Source of the DNA: Candidatus Multivoradales bacterium
GTDB taxonomy: Bacteria; Acidobacteriota; Thermoanaerobaculia; Multivoradales; JAHEKO01
Length of the DNA: 64,000 bases
Direction: 5' to 3'
NCBI GenBank assembly: GCA_965248055.1
Contig: CBDFIJ010000004.1
Location: 608,001-672,000 of the forward strand
In this document: piece after piece, positions 48,421-58,641 of the stretch
Layout: each line of letters starts with the position of its first letter
How positions within the stretch are numbered: the first letter of the stretch is position 1
The notes under the pieces: model-generated
Database searches by the model: none
What the model saw: only the letters and a program-made list of their open reading frames with translations
What the model was told of the DNA's origin: nothing
Position numbers and translations under genes: made by a program

Positions 48421-48939
48421 ATGACTATGTGGGTTGGAGCGATTCGCCTGACCGTGGAAACTGCCGATCAACCCTACGCTGGAACCGATAGCCTGATCCG
48501 AGCATCGTTTCGACGTAACGGCTCTGAAATGCGGCTACTCAACTTGGACTACCCCACTCTGGACGACCACGAGCGCGGAGCTATTCGCAACTACGATTAC
48601 ATCGGGGCTACCAAGTTGCCGCGCAGAAACGACAAAACCCCAGAGTTGCCTCCAGGCATCGGCCAGATTCCCATGCCCTACCCTGGATACGGCATCGAGT
48701 TCTCAGATGGCATGAACGGCCACCTCTCCATCCGGCTAAAGATCCATGGTGATGACATGTGGATCAAAGACAAGGTGGATTTATACGTTCAGCAGATCCG
48801 CCAAGTTGCCACGAGCTTCGACACCCTTGCCTGGATTCGCGATAGCCACTGGACCTACGTCGCGAGTTGGACCCAGGACGTTGCGCTAAGCACTGACTCT
48901 GGTGAAGGGGTTACTGTCTGGACTCTGGTGTTGAATTAG
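48421..48939 (+). CDS. Hypothetical protein, PLAT/LH2-like
   Basis: AAGGAG RBS; TADQPYAGTDS, DDHERG, DDMW. Confidence 0.55.
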   Translation: MTMWVGAIRLTVETADQPYAGTDSLIRASFRRNGSEMRLLNLDYPTLDDHERGAIRNYDYIGATKLPRRNDKTPELPPGIGQIPMPYPGYGIEFSDGMNGHLSIRLKIHGDDMWIKDKVDLYVQQIRQVATSFDTLAWIRDSHWTYVASWTQDVALSTDSGEGVTVWTLVLN

Positions 48940-49034
48940 CGCCTTCGCCCCGCGTTCTCATAGCTGACCGGGTCCTACCGTGAGCCCGTCTGAACGACTT
49001 CGCCAGGGAGCAGGCCACTCGCTAGAATCAAGCA

Positions 49035-49223
49035 GTGGATCCATTTTCCAATAATTCTGGTCACAAACAGCGGTCTCTGAAGAAGAAAATCCTCGAAAAG
49101 TTTGATTCGTTGTTTGGCTCGGCAGTCGACATCACTTTGATCGCAATCGCAGTGATCGTTCTCGCTTTCTGGATTTGGTTGATCTTTCGATTGGACCTTC
49201 TCGCTCTAGGTCGCCCGTCGTAG
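49035..49223 (+). CDS. Small membrane hypothetical protein
   Basis: 62 aa with one hydrophobic helix. Confidence 0.3.
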   Translation: MDPFSNNSGHKQRSLKKKILEKFDSLFGSAVDITLIAIAVIVLAFWIWLIFRLDLLALGRPS

Positions 49224-49432
49224 TACTGCGGTGTCCCGCGACCGGGCAGGCGTAGAGGTCAGCCAAAGCGTCCTTTCGGTCGGTCATCCCGGCGTCGCCC
49301 ACACCACAGCCTAGCCCCAAATAGAGCAAGAGCGCCGATCGGGATGGAACCGACCGACTCTCTGCAAGCCCCCGGTACGACCCTGACTAGAAGCCAGAGT
49401 CGTTGACGATTGGTTTGCGTTAGCTGTACCAG

Positions 49433-52400
49433 CTATCCGGCATTCACGATACCGATCCACTCCCGCATCTCGCCGAGGCTGCAACCGAACTTAGTGTGCC
49501 CGGCCCCCAGCTCTTGGGCTTCGATGATCTGCTCGCAAGAACAGCCACCGGTATCCTCGATGGTGAAACTAGCGTTAGGACCCTTGGGTGAGTGGCCACC
49601 GTTGTCGAACTGGTTGCCACCCGGAGAGACCGTGTCGAAGATTCCATCCCCGTCCACTAGAGCAAAGCGATTGGTGCCCAGATGGTCGGTCGGAACGCCT
49701 TCTGGAATGACGGTATCGGGACACAAATCAAATGCGTCCAACACCCCATCACCGTCGGAGTCGACCGACTCAATCACCGTTAGCGTAGCGCTTGCCGGAT
49801 CGGCCGCTACCGCCGGCCCCTGGCGCAGCGCACTGGTGGTGTTGGGGTAATCGCCCGACGTAGCCCCAGCGGGAACTTGTACCTCCACGCTGAAGGTACA
49901 CGAACCGCCAGGCAGCAGGTTACCGTCGGCAAGACTGATCAACGACGTCCCGGAGAGCGCCGAGCCCAGTCCGCAAACATCCGCAGTCGGCAGGCCGAGA
50001 GCAGACGCCCCAGACAGCATCGCGTCAAGGTCGTCGGTGAAAGCGAGACCGGTCGAACTGGTGGTGGTGCTCAGGTTCTCGATGGTAAACGTCAGAACCA
50101 CTATGTCGCCCGGTTCGGCGGTGCCGTCGAACGACTTACTGAACGAAACCAGGGAAATCTGCAACTCATCAGAAGCTGGGTCACCACTGACAGAACCACT
50201 GTCGGTTGAACCACTCACGCCGCTGGTTGTATTGATGAAGCCAGTCCCCACGCCGACCTCGTTCGGCACCTGCAAGCTGACATCGAAAACGCACGAACTA
50301 CTGGGTGCCAAGTTGCCACCGATGAAGCTCAAGACGCCAGCACCGGAGATTTGCGAGCCGAGACCACAGATGTCGTTTAGCGTGCCGCTAGTCGAAACCA
50401 AACCACTCAGTACGGCATCGAGGTCATCAGTAAACGCAATGCTATTGACGGTGTCGGTGGTGCTGGAGTTGTTGATGCTAAACCGCAGTGTAGCCGTACC
50501 ACCCGGAGGTACCGGATCGTCGATGAACTCCTTGCTAAGAGTCAAGAAGTTAGAAGATACAACCAGTTGGTCGATCGCGCCGTCGAACACCACGTTGGGC
50601 GTGCCGTCCATGGTGGCGGTAACTACATTGACCGAATTGACGTAAATGTCAGAAGCGGCCCCTGCTGGAACCTGCAAAGTGACGTCAAAAGTACAACTAG
50701 CACCAGACACTAGGTTGCCAGCTTGAAACGTCAAGTTATTGGTACCACTGATCTGCGACCCGGTGCCACAGATGTCGTTGGCGGGTAGCCCAACCGCAAC
50801 CAGACCACTTATGACTGCGTTCAGATTGTCGCTGAACACGATGGCGGTAGCATCTTCACCGACACTGTCGTTGGTCAGAGTGAACCGCAGGTTCACGGTG
50901 TCACCGGCAACCACTGGGTCGTCGGTGAACTCCTTAGTAAGCATCAAACCAGCAACCCGAAGGTCGTCACTGGCGCTGTTACCACTGGTGGCAACACCTC
51001 CGACGGTGGCAACCACGTTCGAAGTAGTGTTCGGGTAGTTGCCAGACGGTGTACCCGCGGGAACAACCAAGTCGACCGAGAATTGACAGCTAAAGATGGG
51101 GTTGCCCGCACCTGGATCCAGGAACCCATCCATTAACGTCAAGACACCGGAACTAAAGTCGAGCGAAGAACCGGCGCCACAAGGATCGGTTGGCAATACG
51201 CCAGCCGGTGCTAGCCCAGCCGCTACTGCCTCGAGATTGTCGGTGAAGGTGATCCCGTCAGCCGCATGGCTGACATCGAGATCGATCACGCCGTCGCCAT
51301 CAAGGTCATAGGTGACCGTGAACTGCAACGTTACCGTTCCGCCCGCTGCGACCGGGTCGTCGATGAACTCTTTGATCACCACCGGAGGAGCGACTACGTC
51401 TAACTCATCTGAGGCTGGATCGCCCGCCACCGCTTCGCCATTGATCACTCCGGAAATGTCGCTAGTGGTATTTAGGTAGGTCCCTGCGGGAGCCAACCCG
51501 TCGAGATCGAGGGTCAGGCTGAAGGTACAGCTAGCTCCCGCGGCCAACTCAGCTCCAGTTACCACCAGCTTCGCTGGGGTGGTGCTGGTGGACACGATCA
51601 AAGGCGTGTAGCTAGCGACCGAACCGGCACCGCAAAATCCGTTGGCCGGAACCACCGAAGCGGTGGGCAGCACATCGTCAAAGACATCCTCAAAGGTGAT
51701 GTCGGTCGCGGTCTCCGTGGAATGTGGGTTGGTAATCGTGAATTCGAGCTCAACGGTTTCACCACTGCCCACAGGGTTGTCGAGGAAAGTCTTGGTCAAA
51801 GTCAGAGTTGGCGCGATAAACAACAAGTCGGTTGCGGCCGCACCCACAGTTGGGTTGCCGTCCACGGTCGCTGAGATTGCGCTGGTGGTATTGGTGTAAG
51901 TTCCTGGAGCTGCACCTGCTGGAACCGCAAGCGTGGCGCTGAATACACAGGTGCCGCCGGCGGGCAATTCTCCAGCAGTGAGACTCACAACCCCAGTGCC
52001 ACTGAATTGAGAGCCAGCACCGCAAATACCGTTGACGGGCAAGCCGGTGGCTTCAAGGCCAAATAATGCGGCCCCGAGGTCGTCGGTAAAAGCAATGTCG
52101 GTAGCAGTCGAGCCACGACTCAGGTTACGCACTTCGAACTCGAGCGTCACCGTTCCACCAGGAGCAGTGGGATCGTCGGTAAAGGTTTTGGTCAAAGCAA
52201 TCAGGTTTGAGGCCACTTGGACCTGATCCGTAGCGAATCCGCTATTTAGGATGGGTTGGGATCCTGGGGCAAGCAGTGAAGTTAGATCACCGCTGACGTT
52301 GTTGAGAACGCCAGATGCGTTGGCGGTCACGTCGACGACGACGGTACAGCTCGCCCCGGCAGCCACAGTAGCGTCCCCTTGAAATGCGGGACTGTAAGTG

Positions 52401-53062
52401 ATGACCGAAGTCCCGGCGGCCGCCGTGAGCACCCCACCACCACAAGTCGACGACGCGTTAGCCGGGTTGGCAACCGTCATGTTGGGTGGCAAGTTGTCGG
52501 TGAAACTTAAGCTGACCGCACCGCCCGCATTGGCAGCGTTATCGATCAGAAAGGTGAGGGTACTGCGGGCACCAAAAGCAACAACATTGGGCGAAAAAGA
52601 TTTACTAAAACCCGGCAGGTCTGAGGCGACAGTCAGATCAGCACTCGCTGTCCCGCTGTTACCTGCATCCGAGGTCAAATCCCCGGAAACGTTGCTGTGG
52701 GTTCCTGGCGTCGCAGAGGTTACGTTGAGCGAAACGCTACACGATCCGCCAGCGCCAACCTCGCCTCCGGTTAAAGAAATCGTCCCGCCCCCCGCTGGGG
52801 TAGAAACCGTTCCGCCACAAGAAGACAAAACGCTAGACGGATCGGCAATCGTCATCCCGGCTGGGAAAGTGTCGGAAAAAGCCAAAGACCTCACCCCAAC
52901 TCCTGAACCGTTGGCAATCGAGAACTCCAACGAAGAAGTGCTTCCAATCCCGATGGTTGACGGAGTAAACGCCTTGGAAAACGTGGGTGGTTGAGCGAAA
53001 GCAATCGACGCAGTCGCGACGATCAGTAACGCAGTGATTAGGAAAAACTTTTTGTTCGCCAT
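49433..53062 (-). CDS. Large secreted protein with 8 DUF11-like Ig-type repeats and a C-terminal TSP3-like Ca-binding motif
   Basis: Signal peptide; eight KxF...F(T/S/E)D...CG...C...N repeats; DSDGDGVLDAFDLCPDT. Confidence 0.88.
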   Translation of the reverse strand: MANKKFFLITALLIVATASIAFAQPPTFSKAFTPSTIGIGSTSSLEFSIANGSGVGVRSLAFSDTFPAGMTIADPSSVLSSCGGTVSTPAGGGTISLTGGEVGAGGSCSVSLNVTSATPGTHSNVSGDLTSDAGNSGTASADLTVASDLPGFSKSFSPNVVAFGARSTLTFLIDNAANAGGAVSLSFTDNLPPNMTVANPANASSTCGGGVLTAAAGTSVITYSPAFQGDATVAAGASCTVVVDVTANASGVLNNVSGDLTSLLAPGSQPILNSGFATDQVQVASNLIALTKTFTDDPTAPGGTVTLEFEVRNLSRGSTATDIAFTDDLGAALFGLEATGLPVNGICGAGSQFSGTGVVSLTAGELPAGGTCVFSATLAVPAGAAPGTYTNTTSAISATVDGNPTVGAAATDLLFIAPTLTLTKTFLDNPVGSGETVELEFTITNPHSTETATDITFEDVFDDVLPTASVVPANGFCGAGSVASYTPLIVSTSTTPAKLVVTGAELAAGASCTFSLTLDLDGLAPAGTYLNTTSDISGVINGEAVAGDPASDELDVVAPPVVIKEFIDDPVAAGGTVTLQFTVTYDLDGDGVIDLDVSHAADGITFTDNLEAVAAGLAPAGVLPTDPCGAGSSLDFSSGVLTLMDGFLDPGAGNPIFSCQFSVDLVVPAGTPSGNYPNTTSNVVATVGGVATSGNSASDDLRVAGLMLTKEFTDDPVVAGDTVNLRFTLTNDSVGEDATAIVFSDNLNAVISGLVAVGLPANDICGTGSQISGTNNLTFQAGNLVSGASCTFDVTLQVPAGAASDIYVNSVNVVTATMDGTPNVVFDGAIDQLVVSSNFLTLSKEFIDDPVPPGGTATLRFSINNSSTTDTVNSIAFTDDLDAVLSGLVSTSGTLNDICGLGSQISGAGVLSFIGGNLAPSSSCVFDVSLQVPNEVGVGTGFINTTSGVSGSTDSGSVSGDPASDELQISLVSFSKSFDGTAEPGDIVVLTFTIENLSTTTSSTGLAFTDDLDAMLSGASALGLPTADVCGLGSALSGTSLISLADGNLLPGGSCTFSVEVQVPAGATSGDYPNTTSALRQGPAVAADPASATLTVIESVDSDGDGVLDAFDLCPDTVIPEGVPTDHLGTNRFALVDGDGIFDTVSPGGNQFDNGGHSPKGPNASFTIEDTGGCSCEQIIEAQELGAGHTKFGCSLGEMREWIGIVNAG

Positions 53063-53593
53063 GAATTAGTTACTCCTGTTGCGGGTCCAATAGACCCGTG
53101 TTGGAACCGCCTTCACCAACAAACCCCCATAAAAAAAACACCGACGATTTTCTGTACCTTACATCACACCCTCGCGCCTCGTAAAGTTGTCGCGGTACTT
53201 GAAACCTGAGACTCCATTTAAGCCTGCAAATAAGAGAATCTGAACGATCTCTCTTGGTAATATTTGTCGCAACTTAGTAGCTCATGCATCAGCATTTCTG
53301 AAGGCAGACTGGATGGTTCCCGTGAATCGTATATCCAAATTTCCAATGGGATTTAAGTCTTGGCCACGCTCAATAGAGGCGACTTTCCGAGATCCACTAC
53401 GGAGCACGTAGCAATATGCCAGTCCGAATAGTGGTGAATTCTGAGCACTGGGACCACCTATTTGGCAGGGCTCGAGCCGCAGAGCGGCCCCAACCGATGC
53501 ATACTCAGGGTCGAGTTCCAAGGCTGTTGTCTTTGTCGGGGTCAAATCTGCTGATGAAAGAAAATCATTTCACTACCCAGGGCGAATATTCGA

Positions 53594-54163
53594 GTGAGTG
53601 GCACCTTTCTCGAATTCTTACCCGATCAAACTAATCCTATCCACTGCGGTAACCTCTCCGCTGTGCAACGTTCGAGGTTGACCCTGGCAACTGCGGCCGT
53701 CCTCCTTGGATTGGCCGCTGGCGTTGTGTGGCTAGTAAGGCCAAGGCACGGCCCGATCCAAGACCTGACCTCGTGGACTTGGAAAGGCGCCCCCACAACG
53801 ACGGAGCCACTCCAGGGTGGATCAAGTGAAGATTGCTCCTTGGCACAGAGCTTCGTCCTTCGAAAGCTAGGCCGAGTATCCGTCCATCAGGCCGCGGGAA
53901 TCCCAGGGAGTTGCATGTACCTGTTGCAGCTCAACGGTTGGCCGGAGGGAGAAGATGAGTGCATCTTGGAGTTTCCTGTTGAGATGATCCGTGGACTTGA
54001 GATCACAACAGCGACTGCTTGGCTCGCAACACGCTATTACCAACACAGGCAAGGCGGAATTATGGTTTTTTCAGGCCCTGAGCCTGGCCGAAGATACATT
54101 TCACTGGACTCTCGTTGGTGCAAGTTCGAGGGCGTTGTAAACGGAATTCGCGCTATTTCGTAG
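53594..54163 (+). CDS. Hypothetical membrane-anchored protein
   Basis: TM helix then Cys-containing domain; no recognised family. Confidence 0.4.
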   Translation: MSGTFLEFLPDQTNPIHCGNLSAVQRSRLTLATAAVLLGLAAGVVWLVRPRHGPIQDLTSWTWKGAPTTTEPLQGGSSEDCSLAQSFVLRKLGRVSVHQAAGIPGSCMYLLQLNGWPEGEDECILEFPVEMIRGLEITTATAWLATRYYQHRQGGIMVFSGPEPGRRYISLDSRWCKFEGVVNGIRAIS

Positions 54164-54223
54164 CCCCAGGGCTGTCTGGTTGGATCAAATATTTCGAATA
54201 GTCGGCTGGCATCTACTAACTCA

Positions 54224-55242
54224 GATCCACTGAGGAGTTTCAAAGCCATCTTGTTGAGCGCTACCAGCGGCGCACCCGAGAGGTGGATGAAGCGATTCTC
54301 GGCTGCTACCTAGCAGGGGCCAACAGCCGTCGGATCAAGAAGGCCTTGACTCCACTGCTGGGCAGGGAGCATCTATCCAAGAGCGCTGTGTCTCGGGTGG
54401 TATCTCGTTTGAAAGAGCACTTTGCCCGTTGGAGTGAACGAGGCCTGTCTGAGGAAAGCTACCCGATCTTGTTTCTTGATGGCTTTCACTTGAAAGTGCG
54501 GCTTGCTCGGCGCGTAGTGTCAGCTCCGGTGCTGGCTGCTCTGGGGGTAAGAGAAGATGGCACCAAAGTCCTGGTAGCTCTACGGTTAGCAGCCAGTGAG
54601 GCAGGCAGTCACTGGAAGTGGTTGATTGAAGATCTTAAACGCAGGGGCTTGAAAGCACCGCATCTCCTGGTCTCAGACGGCCACAAGGGCTTGGCGGTGG
54701 GAGTCAGAGCTTGGCCAGAGGCCAAAGTCCAGCGTTGTATCCAGCACAAGTGGGAAAACCTGAAGAAGCACTGCCCTAAGCATGCTCATGGTGAGCTCAA
54801 GCGAGACTGGGATCAAGTGGTGCGAGCCCAAGATGCCCTGGCGGCCCGAGAGAGTTATTCAATCTTTGTTACCAAGTGGTCCAAGCTGGTGCCCGCAGTA
54901 GCCAGGAGCTTCCAAGAGGCTGGGATGGAACTGATCACTTTCGACGATTTACCGAGATCATTGTGGCGATCCACAAGGACCACCAACGCGCTGGAGAATC
55001 TCAACCGTGAGTTTCGGCGCCGTACCAAGACCCAAGGCTCATTCTCGACTGAGGCAGCGGGTGTCACTTTGCTCTGGGGGCTCGTTGCTTTTGGACAGAT
55101 CAGGATGCACCGCATCAACGGCTACCAAGATTTGCACCGGATGCTTGACCGTCAAGCAGCCGCGTAGCACTAGAATCAACCAAACCTGACCGCGGGAGAC
55201 GTTACGCCAAATACCAATTTCCACAAGATTCGGGACACATCC
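54224..55242 (+). mobile_element. 5'-truncated second copy of the IS256 element
   Basis: Near-identical to about 14782-15800; right inverted repeat intact, left repeat and transposase N-terminus missing. Confidence 0.93.
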
Positions 55243-55351
55243 AAAGGATTCCGCCGGATATTCTCTCGCTTCGACAAATTGGACGTCATCTTCACTTTCT
55301 TCATATACTTCGCGCTCATCGTAGATGCCATTCGTTAGTGTTAACACGCCC
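55243..55351 (+). mobile_element. IS5-family 3' remnant
   Basis: Encodes KGFRRIFSRFDKLDVIFTFFIYFALIVDAIR*, then TGTTAACACGCCC-TA terminal repeat. Confidence 0.75.
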
Positions 55352-55591
55352 TAATTCAGTTCGCGGACAAGAGGTTCTTTTGTGTGAGTTCAGAAGTGCT
55401 GGACAGGTTCAAAGAGCCAATTGACACGAACGCTTTCCAAGCCTATGCCGAGATCTTCTCTCGAACGATCAACGAGCATCGCAGCTTACGAGGACGGCCC
55501 GAGTATGGTGAGGCCCCCAACGGGCCGAAATATTCGGCTGGCACTTTTCTCGGCTTCATCTCATCCTGACTTTGTCTAACCACACCGACAA

Positions 55592-56611
55592 CTAGTCAAC
55601 ACGATAGATTTCGTCGCCTGAAATCTTAAGGACATAGGCATAGGTTTCTGGAAGGTTGTTCATTTGACGTGTGCCAATCGAGTAATCGGCGCTGTATGCT
55701 TTTGGCTGCGTATAGTAAACGCTACCACCGGTCAGACGAGCGTAAAGCAACATACTGAGAGAGATTGGCTTGGGACCATACGGGGCGTAGATGGAGCCAT
55801 TCTTTGACCCAGAGGCAAACGCGTGTATATGTGAGAATATCTCTGAAACATCCTTCCAATCCACCCACTGCATGTTAGGCGTTCGCTCCCCAAGGTCTCT
55901 GTCGAAAGCTTGGAGAAACTCCCACACGCGGTGATGTTCTGGCGTAAGTCCCGGAACGGGAACGAGCAAATGAAACTCCGCATGTTCGTATTGCTGATCT
56001 CCAAGAGGTGGAAGATTCAACGCTTGGAAACCAACGGAAATGACTACATTTTCGATCCGTTCCGGTGGGTAGTTTGGGCCAAACATAGGAAGATGAGCCC
56101 ATGGCTCAGGATCTTCGGCTAGTGCTCCGCTCCCATACCTCTCTGCTAGCGTATAGGTGACAATTAGGTTCTTGACGTTATCTGCGTCGAGAAGCATTTT
56201 GACCGTTGGAAAAAAGAAGCGCTTCGGCATAGTCGAAATGTCCACGATCACGTCTCCTTGCGGTGCACAATCGGTAACAAATCGATTCACCCGATCAGCG
56301 ATCTCTTGGGTACTCGCGAACAGTTGAATGTCCTCAACTGCGCTGGCTAGACCCCCTAGGGCACACAGCCGTTGTACCGTTTCGCTTGTCCTCTGCTGCA
56401 CCTCATCAGTGAACCGTGACGGCGGATCCTTGATAGAGAAGAATAAGCAAGGAGTGCATGATTCTGTCTTAGTCAGCACTTCCCAACAAGCGAGACACCT
56501 AGACTCTGGTCCCACGCTCCCAACAAAGCCCCACCGGCTCACATCCATTCGCTCAGCAATCCAAGAGAGTGGGCCCCACGGGCGCCATTTACCCTTCTCA
56601 AGTTCTTTCAT
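55592..56611 (-). CDS. Hypothetical protein, putative tandem CARF-like Rossmann fold
   Basis: VIVDISTMPKR and YAPYGPKP strand-loop-helix motifs; start abuts the ATPase stop (TAAATG). Confidence 0.6.
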   Translation of the reverse strand: MKELEKGKWRPWGPLSWIAERMDVSRWGFVGSVGPESRCLACWEVLTKTESCTPCLFFSIKDPPSRFTDEVQQRTSETVQRLCALGGLASAVEDIQLFASTQEIADRVNRFVTDCAPQGDVIVDISTMPKRFFFPTVKMLLDADNVKNLIVTYTLAERYGSGALAEDPEPWAHLPMFGPNYPPERIENVVISVGFQALNLPPLGDQQYEHAEFHLLVPVPGLTPEHHRVWEFLQAFDRDLGERTPNMQWVDWKDVSEIFSHIHAFASGSKNGSIYAPYGPKPISLSMLLYARLTGGSVYYTQPKAYSADYSIGTRQMNNLPETYAYVLKISGDEIYRVD

Positions 56612-58639
56612 TTAGAAGAGTTCGAGCTGGTCGGAGCGGCCGTCTTGCGGCTTCGTCCTCCGCACCTCCTGAGCCTCGCGATTCCCCTTGGCAGCCTCCA
56701 TCCACGAGAGCGCCTCCGAAACCTTGACGTAGAGAGGTTCCTTGGCATGCTTTGCTGGTATTTGAAACCGCGGGGAAAGGATGGGTGCCAAATACCACTT
56801 ATTTCGGGGGCGTTTGTCCTCCCTATTGGTGGTGTGACGTGCATCGAACAAATGCCCGTAGTCGACTGCTTGTTTTAAGAACTTGTCGAGCTCCACGTAT
56901 TCTCCTAGTTCGTCTTCATCCAGTGAGAATCCGTTGTGTCCCGGGTATGCCATCCCTTTGTCTGCAAGCAACCTCTTGCGAAATGACCTGCCAAGGAACG
57001 AAACAAAACGTCGATACGTATGACCATTTGGCTGCTCCATAATTTTTTGATACCAGTACTCGCTTGCCTGAAATATACCAACCGTCTGTTCCTTGGTATC
57101 AATCGGGAACCGTACGCGTTTGTTGTTCACAATTGGATGTTTGCTCTCATATCGTGACCAGGTGGAAAAGATTTCTCTAGCTAGACTGATAAACACCAGT
57201 ATGTTTCCACCACTTAAGACACGTAGGTCGTCCTCACCAGACCACCTTAATCGCTGCTGACGCCTTGCAGCCATCTGCAGCAGTGCTTGGTGGACTCGCT
57301 CCTTTCTCCACCAACTCTTTGATTTCCATGAGAGTCCGTTCGCGGGTGGCTCTTGCTCAAGCATACGTGAACCCTTCTGCTGGCGGAGCATAGCTGCCCC
57401 CAAATTGGCGGATAGTGGGCTAGTCTCGCTCAGTTCGCGCAAATATACCTTCCAACCTTCGGGCCATTGCTCTACCAAGTCCAGGGAACGCTCAGCGTCG
57501 CTCCCCGCATAGACCTTGGCCTCATTCTCTGGCGAAGGTGTTTTGCCAAATACCTGTCGGGACAACGTTTCGCCACCTCCCTCAAGCTCGTAACCAGCGA
57601 ATTCCAGGCGTCGTTTCAGTACATCATCAGAGAAATCTGGGAAGATCCAAGTGCGGCGGTTTTCCTTCCTCCGCAATAGGTCATCCAGGTCAATCACGCG
57701 GTAGTTTCTCTCGTGTTCGAGGTTCGCTTCTGAACCGAAAATCCTCAAGTCCTCTCGCCAGGCGTATCGGCGAGCGCCAATTCGATAGGACACCTTAGGA
57801 TCCCGCGTCGCGAGGGCCTTGTTAATTAGTCGACGAAACTTGGGCTCTACCCGGTGAGCGTGAACATCACTAGCGAACCTCCCAACTTCCTCGTATTGGT
57901 CAACTCGAACAAACACTGGCATTTCCTTCGGAATTATTCCTATCTCTCTAAGCCCCTTGGCCGTTTGAGAAATCGGTTCACCGACCGGCGTCTTGGTGGT
58001 TGCGATCTCCGTAGGAAGGCGTTCCATATTGAAGTTCAGGAACGAGCGATACAGAGTCAGTCTTTTTCTCAGCCGTTTCCGTAGCTCTTCACAGTTCCGT
58101 ATTCCATCCAAGAATCCTAACCAACAGTCTTGCGCTGCTAACCATTGAGCGAATTCATCAAGACGACCACCGTGGGTATTGATGTTCCAAGATCTTGCCA
58201 ACTTACCTTCGCATGCGTCGTCGAGCTTCGAAACTGACTCAAGAATATCTTCAACTACCCAGTAGTTAAGGAAATCACCAAAATAGACAGCCGAAACGGC
58301 GCCCAGGTCCGGCCCATTTTCCTCCTGGAGTCGGCGTTGGCCGAAATCTGTGGCCGCACTCCTCGCGAGGTTAATCCCCGCTCCAATGAATCTGGCGTCA
58401 TCTTGGGGGAGCGGAAACTGCACACCAGCCGTGAAATAAGCAATCTGAATCTCTGGCTTAAGTAGGCTGAGAAGCATACTCTTACCGCTACCCTGAACTC
58501 CCTTCACTACGACATTGCCCACTTGGAACAATTCCTGAGCATGCTCTACAAGAAAAGGGCTAAACAGGGTCACAAAATCCTCTGGGGCAATGGTTTCGGA
58601 AACATAGAGCTCGTGAAATGGATTGCTGATCCGCGGCAT
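56612..58639 (-). CDS. P-loop ATPase (ORC/CDC6-like)
   Basis: Walker A GVQGSGKS, Walker B FVRVDQYE, LSGGN; start ATG 58639 with GAGGT RBS. Confidence 0.8.
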   Translation of the reverse strand: MPRISNPFHELYVSETIAPEDFVTLFSPFLVEHAQELFQVGNVVVKGVQGSGKSMLLSLLKPEIQIAYFTAGVQFPLPQDDARFIGAGINLARSAATDFGQRRLQEENGPDLGAVSAVYFGDFLNYWVVEDILESVSKLDDACEGKLARSWNINTHGGRLDEFAQWLAAQDCWLGFLDGIRNCEELRKRLRKRLTLYRSFLNFNMERLPTEIATTKTPVGEPISQTAKGLREIGIIPKEMPVFVRVDQYEEVGRFASDVHAHRVEPKFRRLINKALATRDPKVSYRIGARRYAWREDLRIFGSEANLEHERNYRVIDLDDLLRRKENRRTWIFPDFSDDVLKRRLEFAGYELEGGGETLSRQVFGKTPSPENEAKVYAGSDAERSLDLVEQWPEGWKVYLRELSETSPLSANLGAAMLRQQKGSRMLEQEPPANGLSWKSKSWWRKERVHQALLQMAARRQQRLRWSGEDDLRVLSGGNILVFISLAREIFSTWSRYESKHPIVNNKRVRFPIDTKEQTVGIFQASEYWYQKIMEQPNGHTYRRFVSFLGRSFRKRLLADKGMAYPGHNGFSLDEDELGEYVELDKFLKQAVDYGHLFDARHTTNREDKRPRNKWYLAPILSPRFQIPAKHAKEPLYVKVSEALSWMEAAKGNREAQEVRRTKPQDGRSDQLELF

Positions 58640-58641
58640 GA

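Noticed and set aside
14437-55242. Intact composite transposon between the IS256 copies
   Set aside because: Second copy is truncated, no shared target duplication, and the cargo includes core-like genes and tRNAs
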